In this document: piece after piece, positions 24,184 to 32,000 of the stretch | Layout of the letters: each line of letters opens with the position of its first letter | How positions within the stretch are numbered: the stretch's first letter is position 1 | Assembly: GCA_031256725.1 (NCBI GenBank) | Contig: JAIRQE010000010.1 | Coordinates: forward strand, 1-32,000 | DNA length: 32,000 nt | From: Propionibacteriaceae bacterium | Lineage (GTDB): Bacteria > Actinomycetota > Actinomycetes > Propionibacteriales > Propionibacteriaceae | Direction of reading: 5' to 3' | Translations under genes and position numbers: made by a program | Notes under the pieces: generated by a model | What the model was told of the DNA's origin: nothing | Seen by the model: the letters and a program-made list of their open reading frames with translations, nothing else | Database searches by the model: none

Positions 24184-25557
24184 ATGATTGATGTGACGGA
24201 CCTGACTAAGAGGTTCGGTAGGAAGACTGCTGTCGACGATTTAAGCTTCTCCGTGCGCGCAGGTATGGTTACCGGATTCTTGGGACCCAATGGGGCAGGT
24301 AAGTCCACAACAATGAGGCTCATTCTTGGCCTTGATCGACCCAACAACGGTCGTGCTCGCGTTAATGGTCGTACCTACAAATCCACTAAGGCGCCTATGA
24401 CAGAGGTTGGTGCCCTTCTTGACTCCAAATCTGTACACCCTGGACGTACTGCTCGCAATCATCTTCGTGCGCTGGCGGCCACCCATGGAATCTCACGGAA
24501 ACGAGTCGATGAAGTCATCGAGATGGTTGGCCTTGAGTCTGTTGCCAGAAAGCGGGCTGGTACCTTCTCCCCAGGGATGAGCCAACGCCTAGGGTTAGCG
24601 ATCGCATTATTGGGAGATCCGCAGACTCTCATCCTTGATGAGCCTATGAACGGGCTTGATCCTCAGGGGGTTGCATGGCTCCGAAACCTCTTGGAGCATC
24701 TGTCATCTGAGGGGAGGACAGTCTTCGTTTCAAGCCATCTCATCTCAGAAATGGCTCAGCTTGCCAGTCATCTCATTATCATCGGTAGGGGACAACTCAT
24801 CGCGGATTCACCCACGGCTGAGCTTGCCGAGAAAGGGTCAGGCGTTGTCACGCGTGTGAGATCCCCTGAATTGGGAGAACTTGCGGAAGCGGTCAAGGAA
24901 GCCGGTCATACTTATACCGATCCGGGGGATGGATCACTGTTGATCTCAGGATTGACCCCGGACGCCATTGGTGATGAGGCGGCTTACAGGGGCTGGGCAA
25001 TCTATGAGATGGCTCCAGTACACCGCACCCTGGAGGAAATCTACATGGAGTTGACCCACTCCGTGCAGGAGTTCCAGGCAGAAAACAGCATCTTCGGGTC
25101 TCCAATGAGGAGTCCTTCAAAGCCACCCGTCATACTAAAACCACCCGTGTCCATGCATACGATTCCCCACGAAGCGCCTGTCCAACATCACCGTCGCGAT
25201 GTGGAGCCCCAAAGTCTCACAACCACGGGAAGCCATCGAGTGACCGATATTTTCCGTGACGACGATACCCCACCACCTGATCCTGTACACATATCAACTC
25301 CCCATTTGCAGTTGGGGCCGGTACGATCTCCCCAAACACGTCCGGGACGAGCACCCACAGATTCGATCGTGCCAAGCGACCTGGGGCCACATGTGCGGCC
25401 AAGGCCTATGGGAGTCCATCCCAGTGCAGATTCATGGGATGACTCCTATGATGATACCCGCATACCTGAGTCTTATGACTACGACTCCTATGACTCTGAT
25501 TATGATGACGATGATGATTACGCCCATCCCCCCAGATCCCGGGCATGGGAGGTCTGA
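24184..25557 (+). CDS. ABC-2-type exporter ATP-binding protein with a roughly 155-aa disordered C-terminal extension
   Basis: NBD: Walker A GPNGAGKST, signature FSPGMSQRL, Walker B LILDEPMNGLD, H-loop SSHL. The domain ends near TLEEIYMELTHSVQEFQAE. From about nt 25081 the sequence is low-complexity: Pro-rich, then SADSWDDSYDDTRIPESYDYDSYDSDYDDDDDY. Confidence 0.9.
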   Translation: MIDVTDLTKRFGRKTAVDDLSFSVRAGMVTGFLGPNGAGKSTTMRLILGLDRPNNGRARVNGRTYKSTKAPMTEVGALLDSKSVHPGRTARNHLRALAATHGISRKRVDEVIEMVGLESVARKRAGTFSPGMSQRLGLAIALLGDPQTLILDEPMNGLDPQGVAWLRNLLEHLSSEGRTVFVSSHLISEMAQLASHLIIIGRGQLIADSPTAELAEKGSGVVTRVRSPELGELAEAVKEAGHTYTDPGDGSLLISGLTPDAIGDEAAYRGWAIYEMAPVHRTLEEIYMELTHSVQEFQAENSIFGSPMRSPSKPPVILKPPVSMHTIPHEAPVQHHRRDVEPQSLTTTGSHRVTDIFRDDDTPPPDPVHISTPHLQLGPVRSPQTRPGRAPTDSIVPSDLGPHVRPRPMGVHPSADSWDDSYDDTRIPESYDYDSYDSDYDDDDDYAHPPRSRAWEV

Positions 25558-26411
25558 TGGCGAGAGTAAAACTGTCCTTCTTTAGGATGATCAGAGCCGA
25601 ATGGATCAAGATCTTTACAGTACGTTCAACCGGCTGGATCCTGCTCCTGTGTATTCTGATCAGCATAGGACTCTCTGCCGCTTTTGCTGCCTCTCTCCAG
25701 TACTCGGAGGTCATGCTCAGACGTAGCTCGGAATCCTCAGACCTCGACCCTGGGGCCTTTGGGCCCCTCGTGGTCCATGTGGTGATGGCCTGTGGACTTT
25801 TTGGGCAATTGTTTTTCATGATCCTGTCTATCCTCATGATCACCAACGAATACTCAACGGGTACGGTTCGCTCGACCTTCACAGTCGCCCCCCGACGGAT
25901 TCGTGTACTCATCTCAAAGATGCTTGTTCTTGTGGTGATCTGTGTTGTCACTTTCGCTATTTCTGTGGTGGCATCCTGGGCGGTGGGGTACCTCATCTTG
26001 CAGAATTGTGTACTCACGGACCTGACACTCATCTCGTATACGAATCTGAGGATAGCGGGGGGATTCCTGGCGAAGATGGTACTCGTGTCTCTCTTCTGTT
26101 TTGGCCTTGGCGCCATGATCCGTTCCACTGCCGGAAGCATTGGTACCTCTGTGGCTATTCTGTGGGTGCTACCTATCATCGCTGCGACTGTTGCTTCAAT
26201 GATCTCTGGTGCGGGTGAGCCCGTTGGTTGGCGCGAGTGGATCGTCAAAATAGGGGAGTTCCTTCCCACGAATGCTGGTGATCTGATCATCCAAGAGAAC
26301 CCATCATCACGGGTATTCCTCCCGTGGGGAGGAACCGCAGCACTTGGAGGATGGGCCTTCGGGTCGATCATCCTTGCCTTCATAGCAACTGCCAGGCGCA
26401 GGATTCAATGA
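25557..26411 (+). CDS. ABC-2 family transporter permease
   Basis: The N-terminus MARVKLSFFRMIRAEWIKIFTVRSTGWILLL and six or so hydrophobic segments are typical of ABC-2 permeases. The ATG at 25557 overlaps the ATPase stop by 1 nt (TGATG) and follows GGGAGG. The ORF-track start at 25545 is an alternative. Confidence 0.85.
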   Translation: MARVKLSFFRMIRAEWIKIFTVRSTGWILLLCILISIGLSAAFAASLQYSEVMLRRSSESSDLDPGAFGPLVVHVVMACGLFGQLFFMILSILMITNEYSTGTVRSTFTVAPRRIRVLISKMLVLVVICVVTFAISVVASWAVGYLILQNCVLTDLTLISYTNLRIAGGFLAKMVLVSLFCFGLGAMIRSTAGSIGTSVAILWVLPIIAATVASMISGAGEPVGWREWIVKIGEFLPTNAGDLIIQENPSSRVFLPWGGTAALGGWAFGSIILAFIATARRRIQ

Positions 26412-26503
26412 CCTTCTAGAGGGCGTAGCACCTGGTGATGACCTTAGCAACCAAGTCCGTACTCATCCCCCCCAGAAATCCACAATAGAGGATAATTGAC
26501 GTC

Positions 26504-27427
26504 GTGAACGAGACAAAAACCAACCTTACGAAGTATGCGTGGCTGTCCCTCGCTGCTGCCCTCGTGACTATCTCCCTCAAAACAATTGCGTGGCGAATCA
26601 CTGGATCTGTGGGTCTACTCTCGGATGCCGCTGAATCCCTTGTGAACCTGGCTGCGGCCATCCTGGCACTCATCATGCTTTCCATTGCTGCCAGGCCACC
26701 AGATAGTGACCATCACTTTGGGCATGATAAGGCCGAGTACTTTTCTGCTGCTGTTGAAGGGGTACTCATTTTTGTGGCTGCAACCGTGATCATCGTCACT
26801 GCTATCGCCAGGATCATGAACCCCCAGCCCCTCGAATCACTGTCGATTGGTATCGTCATCTCGTCTATTGCTGCCGCTATTAACGGTGTTGTGGGTATCG
26901 TACTTATTCGTGTCGGTAAGAAACATCGTTCACCTACTCTTGTCGCCGATGGGCGCCACTTGTGGACTGATGTCATCACAACTGTCGGGGTCATTGTTGG
27001 GGTTGCACTTGTGTGGATCACCAAATGGGAGATCCTTGACCCTATCGTGGCCCTCATCGTTGGGATCAACATCATCATCACCGGTTTTCGCCTGGTACGA
27101 GAGTCGACCCGTGGGCTCATGGACATCACCCTCCCTGATGATGAAAATGCCGCTATTGCTCAGATCCTCGCTGACCATTCCAATGAGGATGTGAGCTTCC
27201 ATGGTCTGCGTACCCGGCTCTCAGGACGTCAAAGATTCGCCATCGTTGACATCCTCGTACCTGGTGAGTGGACAGTCAGACACAGTCACGATCTCATCGA
27301 AGAAATCGAAGAGGCCATCAAGGCCCTCTATCCTGAGATATTGATCCAGATCCATTTGGAACCCAAGGAAGATCCCAGAGCCTATGGCGACTTTCATGTC
27401 GAGGTACCCATTCCAACTGATCCCTAG
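26504..27427 (+). CDS. Cation diffusion facilitator (CDF) family metal efflux transporter
   Basis: TM2 LLSDAAESLVN, the motif HHFGHDKAEY, TM5 HLWTDVITT (HxxxD), and a C-terminal cytoplasmic domain. The start is GTG at 26504. GATAAT lies 7 nt upstream with no SD, so the mRNA may be leaderless. Confidence 0.88.
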   Translation: MNETKTNLTKYAWLSLAAALVTISLKTIAWRITGSVGLLSDAAESLVNLAAAILALIMLSIAARPPDSDHHFGHDKAEYFSAAVEGVLIFVAATVIIVTAIARIMNPQPLESLSIGIVISSIAAAINGVVGIVLIRVGKKHRSPTLVADGRHLWTDVITTVGVIVGVALVWITKWEILDPIVALIVGINIIITGFRLVRESTRGLMDITLPDDENAAIAQILADHSNEDVSFHGLRTRLSGRQRFAIVDILVPGEWTVRHSHDLIEEIEEAIKALYPEILIQIHLEPKEDPRAYGDFHVEVPIPTDP

Positions 27428-27518
27428 ATCGTCACTGCTCAGAAAACACTAAGATACGATCCTGTGAGATAGGGAGTTTCGTTTTTCGATAACCATCAGG
27501 TCATGGGAGAATGGTTCC

Positions 27519-29261
27519 GTGAGCGATCAATCTCAACGTATTCCTTTCAGCTCGCGTGGTAGTTCAGCGCGCGCAGATGGGCGCTCGTCGAGGGTACGAC
27601 CCTCATCTGGTTCGCCACGAAATGTCGAACCAGAGTTGACAGCCATGTTTGGCGAGGAGGAAGTCCTACGCCGCCCCCCAGATCCATTTGAGGAGAAGAT
27701 CTTGACCGGACGAAACAGTTTCACCGATCTCAGAGACCACCTAGCCGAAGAAGACACTGACAGGCCACGTTCAGGATCATCTGGCAGTTCGCGTGTACCA
27801 CGGACACCGGCAACCAGATCCCGGGTCGGTGCAGCAGGGGATTCCAAGGTTGCCGCATTGAGGCGAGACCTGGCTGGGGGTGGAGGAAGCTCTCGCTCTT
27901 CTGCTGCAGATTCCAGATCGCGTTTCTTGCAAGAGGACGATGTGGTCGAGACACGTCCCCGCAGTAGGGTTTCCTCAGATTCTGAAGAAAGACTTGCCTC
28001 GCTCAGGCGTGAGTTGGCTGATCGCAGAGCAGCTACCGCTGATCCTGCTCCACGGGTACGCCCCTCAGCACCAAGTGCACGCAGGCCGCGAGTGAGTCGT
28101 GAAGAAGAGGTGGAGATCCGCGAACGCGCTACACAAGAACTACCACCTCGCTCTAGGCGCCCTGTCGTCGACGATCCGCCACCGCGCAGGGTCCCACGTA
28201 CGCGACCCCCAGTTGAAGAGTACGACTATGAAGAGCCTTTCGAAAACTTCGAGCCAGAAGTAGAGACACCTCCACCACCACCGAGGCAGCGTCGTACAAC
28301 CACACGTAAGCCAGTTGAAGTAGTCGAAGTGATCGAGGAGATCGAAGAGGAGGACCTGGGTCCATCCTTTGAGCCTCCCCAGGTGATAGAGGAAGAGCCT
28401 CCAGTTATTGCTATTCTTGAGGAAGCTCCAGTCGAGCCGCCAGTTGAAAAGAAGGAGACTCGTCGTCGAGCTAAGACACCCAAGGCTGAACCTGCTCCGG
28501 TTGTGACTCCCTCACGTGCGCCACGGGCCGCAACAGGGGAGATCGCAAAGATTTCTGGGCTAACTAAGATCATTGGGAGTTCGTCACAGAAGACAGAGGT
28601 ACTTCGCAGGGTTGATCTCGTACTCGGTCAAGGGCAGATGACAGCGATCATGGGTTCCCCCGGCGCTGGCGTGTCAACACTGATTCAATGCATCGCTGGT
28701 ATCGAATCCCCAACATCGGGATCAATCACGGTGGCTGGTCAGAACATCACAGGGTTCAAAGAAGGGCAACTGGCCAAGTTCCGACGCAGCAATGTGAGCC
28801 ACGTCTTCTCAGCCTTCAACCTGATCCCGACCCTAACAACGGCAGAGAATATTCGTCTGCCTATGATCCTTCAGAAGAAGTCTGTGGATTCGGCTTGGTA
28901 CGACCAGGTTGTGACAACCCTGCACCTCACGGATGCGCTCACCCACAAGCCAAGCGCTTTGAGCCCGTCTCAGCGCCAGCGCGTTGCCTTTGCGCGGGCT
29001 CTGTTGGGTAAGCCTGCGATTATCGTTGCAGATGATCCGACTGCGGATCTCAACCAGGAGGCCAGTGTTGAACTCATTGGTTGGGTCAGGGATTGTATGT
29101 CCATATCCGAGCAGTCCATTGTTGTGGGTACGCAGGACCCCATCCTTGCCGCCATGGCTGACCGTGTCTGCGTGATGAGAGATGGTGTCATTGTAACCGA
29201 GATCAGTTCGCCAAGTGTGAGCCGCGTCATGGACGCTCTTCGTACAGTGGCGGGTGGTTAA
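27519..29261 (+). CDS. MacB/LolD-type ABC nucleotide-binding-domain protein with all catalytic motifs degenerate and a 340-aa disordered N-terminal extension
   Basis: GTG start with GGGAGA 8 nt upstream. Residues 1-340 are R/P/E/S-rich low complexity. From nt 28539 the sequence aligns colinearly with the MacB-type NBD consensus, but with these changes. Walker A is GSPGAGVST (Lys to Val, gtg at 28671-28673). The Q-loop is HVFSAFNL (Gln to Ser, 28809-28811). The signature is LSPSQ (28959-28973). Walker B is IIVADDPT (catalytic Glu to Asp, 29031-29036). The D-loop is DLN. The H-loop is VGTQD (His to Gln, 29133-29135). Confidence 0.85.
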   Translation: MSDQSQRIPFSSRGSSARADGRSSRVRPSSGSPRNVEPELTAMFGEEEVLRRPPDPFEEKILTGRNSFTDLRDHLAEEDTDRPRSGSSGSSRVPRTPATRSRVGAAGDSKVAALRRDLAGGGGSSRSSAADSRSRFLQEDDVVETRPRSRVSSDSEERLASLRRELADRRAATADPAPRVRPSAPSARRPRVSREEEVEIRERATQELPPRSRRPVVDDPPPRRVPRTRPPVEEYDYEEPFENFEPEVETPPPPPRQRRTTTRKPVEVVEVIEEIEEEDLGPSFEPPQVIEEEPPVIAILEEAPVEPPVEKKETRRRAKTPKAEPAPVVTPSRAPRAATGEIAKISGLTKIIGSSSQKTEVLRRVDLVLGQGQMTAIMGSPGAGVSTLIQCIAGIESPTSGSITVAGQNITGFKEGQLAKFRRSNVSHVFSAFNLIPTLTTAENIRLPMILQKKSVDSAWYDQVVTTLHLTDALTHKPSALSPSQRQRVAFARALLGKPAIIVADDPTADLNQEASVELIGWVRDCMSISEQSIVVGTQDPILAAMADRVCVMRDGVIVTEISSPSVSRVMDALRTVAGG

Positions 29262-29266
29262 TCGGT

Positions 29267-31828
29267 ATGAAGGGTGTCAAAGTTGGTGTTCAGGGAAGCC
29301 CTGGACGCTTGGTACTCGCCGTCCTAGCTGTAGTGTTGGGAATGGCTGTTGCGTCGTTCGCTCTCTTCCTGCGTGGATCAGTGACAACAACACTGTCCAC
29401 AGTCGTGGACAAGGTGCTAAGCGCTGATGTGTATATTCTGCCGGCGGATTCCAGTCCTGCCGATATGATGACCCAGCCTAAGGTTTATCAGAAGTTCCTT
29501 GATTCGCGTGTGACTGCGCAGATTTCTGTGATACCTGAGGTGAGGGGAGTCTTCTCGGTTTATGTTGGTCAGGTTCAATTAACGAAGTCCGATGGTACCG
29601 TAGTCTCATCTGGAGTAGCCCCATCGGTTGGCATCGGTGTTGATACTAATGAAGTTGAGTCATCGCGGCTGATAGATGGTGCCTTCCCGACCAGTCCCTC
29701 GGAAATCGCTGTGGAGCAGGCAACTGCCGAACGAGCTGGATTATCTGTTGGTGACAAAGCTCAATTAATAGCCAATGGCAATAGGTTCGACCCCGAAGTC
29801 ACGATCTCAGGCATTGTCTCCTATGATTCTGATCTTGGTGGGGCTACCGTGGTCTTCCTCAACGGTATCGTTGCTCGCGCAGTATTCTCACCATCGTCGA
29901 TGGTACCTCTGATCGCTGTACGGGTACAGGATGATGCGAGTCCTGCCGATGGTCGCAATGCCATTGAGGCTGCTCTTGAGAGCGAAGTCGACGCGAAGAT
30001 TGTGGTTGGTTCCGAGCTCCGTAAGCAGACGGTAAGCTCTGCAATGAACTCCTTGTCCACCCTTGGGATTGGTCTGCTTATTCTGGCTGGCTTGGGTGTC
30101 GCTATCGGTGGTCTCCTCGTTGGCGCAACCTTTGCAGGGGCTCAGCGGGAGAATATCTCTACGATTGCCACCTTGAAGGCATTCGGTGCAACGACCAGCC
30201 AAGTACTCGGTAAGTCCATATCCCAGGCTGCCGCAGTTGGATTCATCGGATCCATCTTCGGGATCGCCATAGGATTCGTCGTGGCTGTCCTTGTGAGAGC
30301 GATCATGACGGCACAGGGTCTGGCTCTCAGTCTGGGTATTCCCGTGATCGAATTGGCGCTCTGCTTTGTCGCGATGATGATTGTCACCATTCTTGCGGCC
30401 TGGCTTGGGTCCCGCAGGGTGGCGAATGTTGCCCCCCGCGAGGCGATAAACGGTTTTGCTGCGGGTAGGTCTGGTCTAGGTCTGGTACGCGTCATCATAG
30501 GTGTTGTCCTCATCCTCGCCGGAGTTGGTGCTGCCATGTGGGTCGTCTTCTCGTCCCAGTCTGCCCTGATTATCTATGCGGGTTTGGTAGCCATCCTCAT
30601 GGGGGTCTTGCTCGCTGCACCACTGTTACTTATAGCGTTCGCTCCCATTTTCGCGGCCCCGCTTAGACTCATCTCTTCAGTGTCTGGACGCTTGGCCAAA
30701 CACAATCTCATCCGCAGTCCTCGTCCTGCCGCTAATGTTGCGGGCGTTATGATTCTTGGTTTCTCACTGGCAACAGCAGGATTGATTATCGCCTCCACTG
30801 CAGACGCAGCTATTGGTGATTCACTGCACAGGGATGTACCTGCTGACTATGTCATTCAGCCGGATAGCGGTAATAGTTTCATCCCTGATCAGGCTGTTGC
30901 TCAGGTACGTCAGATCCCTGGTCTCAGTGTTGTTGCCTACGGGCAAGCCCCAGTACGGGTACTCAACGATGAGGGCAAGGTTCTTGATGCCGATGTGCTC
31001 TTTGGTCCACCGGATACCTTCTCTTCCAGTCTCAGTGAGGTTGCCATCGTTGATGGGGCTCCTGAGCAATTCCGTGATGGGTTGGCTCTCAACAAGGCTT
31101 TTGCTGATGCTCAAGGAATACGTGTCGGTGATACACTCAAACTGCTCGTAGCACAGGACACCCCGCACGAAGACACCCTGTCCTTGTCGGTGGCGGTGAT
31201 TGTGGATTCGCAGTTCTTCCGTGACGTGCTCATCCCGACAGGGCTTCTCATTGAGCCGATTCCTGGCCATGCACGTACACAGTTCATGCCGATTACTACA
31301 GTGTTCATTACGGCAGCCAATGAGGGTACAGTTCAGGTTCTGCGTGACCAGATCCAAGAGGCACTATCTGGGTATGAAGGACTTAAACTCTCTTCTCGTG
31401 ACGAGTTTATTTCCACTCCCTCACCAGTGGTAACACAGATTCGTACAGCGGCCTTGATCCTTATTGGTTTGGTTGCCCTCGTCGCCATTGTCGGGATATC
31501 CGTCATCCTAGGTCAGGCAGTTATCCAACGTGAGAAGAACATCGGTCTGATGAGGATTAGTGGGGCCTCCCGTGGACAGATGAGGCGGGCGGTCACATTC
31601 GAGTCGCTGCTGATCTGTGCAACGAGTGCCTTCGTGGGTATCCTCGGTGGTGTGGGTCTGGCATATCTTGGTTTGCGGATACTTCCAAGCCTTGGCATGA
31701 CGACTCTGGTTTTCCCATGGCTGTGGATTGTCGGACTCTTTGTTGTGGCACTCCTAGTAGGATTTGTCGCTGGTATTGCCCCTGCGCGACGCGCGGGTTC
31801 AGTACCTCTACTGACAATGGCAGCCTAG
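29267..31828 (+). CDS. Large FtsX-family ABC permease with two FtsX domains (10-TM, MacB-like duplicated architecture)
   Basis: 853 aa, starting 5 nt after the NBD gene's stop. It has an N-terminal TM helix, a periplasmic-type domain of about 215 aa, then FtsX domain 1 (ATLKAFGATTSQVL...). This is followed by extra TM helices, a second extracytoplasmic domain and FtsX domain 2 (IGLMRISGASRGQMRR...). The size and layout resemble the mycobacterial Rv0987-type permeases, recalled from memory. Confidence 0.88.
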   Translation: MKGVKVGVQGSPGRLVLAVLAVVLGMAVASFALFLRGSVTTTLSTVVDKVLSADVYILPADSSPADMMTQPKVYQKFLDSRVTAQISVIPEVRGVFSVYVGQVQLTKSDGTVVSSGVAPSVGIGVDTNEVESSRLIDGAFPTSPSEIAVEQATAERAGLSVGDKAQLIANGNRFDPEVTISGIVSYDSDLGGATVVFLNGIVARAVFSPSSMVPLIAVRVQDDASPADGRNAIEAALESEVDAKIVVGSELRKQTVSSAMNSLSTLGIGLLILAGLGVAIGGLLVGATFAGAQRENISTIATLKAFGATTSQVLGKSISQAAAVGFIGSIFGIAIGFVVAVLVRAIMTAQGLALSLGIPVIELALCFVAMMIVTILAAWLGSRRVANVAPREAINGFAAGRSGLGLVRVIIGVVLILAGVGAAMWVVFSSQSALIIYAGLVAILMGVLLAAPLLLIAFAPIFAAPLRLISSVSGRLAKHNLIRSPRPAANVAGVMILGFSLATAGLIIASTADAAIGDSLHRDVPADYVIQPDSGNSFIPDQAVAQVRQIPGLSVVAYGQAPVRVLNDEGKVLDADVLFGPPDTFSSSLSEVAIVDGAPEQFRDGLALNKAFADAQGIRVGDTLKLLVAQDTPHEDTLSLSVAVIVDSQFFRDVLIPTGLLIEPIPGHARTQFMPITTVFITAANEGTVQVLRDQIQEALSGYEGLKLSSRDEFISTPSPVVTQIRTAALILIGLVALVAIVGISVILGQAVIQREKNIGLMRISGASRGQMRRAVTFESLLICATSAFVGILGGVGLAYLGLRILPSLGMTTLVFPWLWIVGLFVVALLVGFVAGIAPARRAGSVPLLTMAA

Positions 31829-31843
31829 ATTCTTGACAAAACT

Positions 31844-31876
31844 AAAGGGCTGGTACCTTCTCGGTACCAGCCCTTT
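31844..31876. terminator. Bidirectional rho-independent terminator between convergent genes
   Basis: AAAGGGCTGGTACC (31844-31857), loop TTCTC, GGTACCAGCCCTTT (31863-31876). This is a perfect 14-bp stem with A-run and T-run flanks, so it can terminate both the permease (+) and groEL (-) transcripts. Confidence 0.85.
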
Positions 31877-31890
31877 ATGTTTGGACTTAG

Positions 31891-32000
31891 TTAGTGTCCA
31901 TGTCCATGGCCAGCGGCGGGAGCATCGTCCTCATCTGCGGGCTTCTCAACGACGAGGGTCTCGGTCGTCAAGAGCAGAGCAGCAATCGAGGCTGCGTTTG
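31891..32000 (-). CDS. groEL: Chaperonin GroEL (Cpn60), 3' end only; the gene continues beyond the window
   Basis: The minus-strand translation from 31998 is [35 protein letters not shown], with its stop at 31891-31893. The AASIA.L.LTTE...V.KP motif is the conserved GroEL C-terminal helix. The His-rich tail resembles actinobacterial Cpn60.1-type paralogs. Confidence 0.8.
   Translation of the reverse strand, partial: NAASIAALLLTTETLVVEKPADEDDAPAAGHGHGH

Noticed and set aside
25406-26383. A 325-aa minus-strand ORF opposite the ABC-2 permease.
   Set aside because: The plus-strand ORF has the typical ABC-2 permease N-terminus, multiple TM segments and translational coupling to the ATPase. The minus ORF is hydrophilic and low-complexity with no recognisable motifs, so it is a shadow ORF.
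27428-27518. A possible terminator after the CDF gene (GATCGT...ACGATC with a downstream TTTTT).
   Set aside because: The stem is only 6 bp with a loop of about 24 nt, and the T-run is separated from the stem. This is not convincing.

Overview
The window looks like chromosomal DNA from a moderately high-GC Gram-positive bacterium. It is probably Actinomycetota, possibly Actinomycetaceae-like. This is inferred from gene order, apparent leaderless starts, the acidic tail on L17 and a His-rich GroEL C-terminus; no search was run. Layout, left to right: (1) 1-8808, the 3' 8.8 kb of a giant repetitive surface protein with about 25 tandem Big_1-type Ig-like modules, nearly all carrying four conserved Cys; (2) 9086-14339, a five-gene family-5 peptide/nickel ABC importer operon; (3) 14499-18159, the conserved infA-rpmJ-rpsM-rpsK-rpsD-rpoA-rplQ cluster; (4) 18160-20290, a small AT-richer accessory islet holding an orphan membrane protein, a vapBC toxin-antitoxin pair with an operator-like inverted repeat, and a rhuM-family gene remnant; (5) serS; (6) 21566-23270, a tandem array of five paralogous small genes (about 67-73 aa, DUF4177-like by motif, one interrupted by an in-frame TGA) with repeated promoter/leader and hairpin elements; (7) a Cof-type HAD phosphatase; (8) an ABC-2 exporter pair whose ATPase has a roughly 155-aa disordered Pro-rich and Asp/Tyr-rich tail; (9) a CDF metal transporter; (10) 27519-31828, a MacB/FtsX-type pair in which the ATPase has a 340-aa disordered N-terminal extension and every catalytic ABC motif is substituted; (11) the 3' end of groEL on the minus strand. 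I recognised no tRNA, rRNA, CRISPR array, transposase or integrase. The best candidates for undescribed biology are the catalytically degenerate ABC/FtsX module and the small-gene array between serS and the HAD gene.
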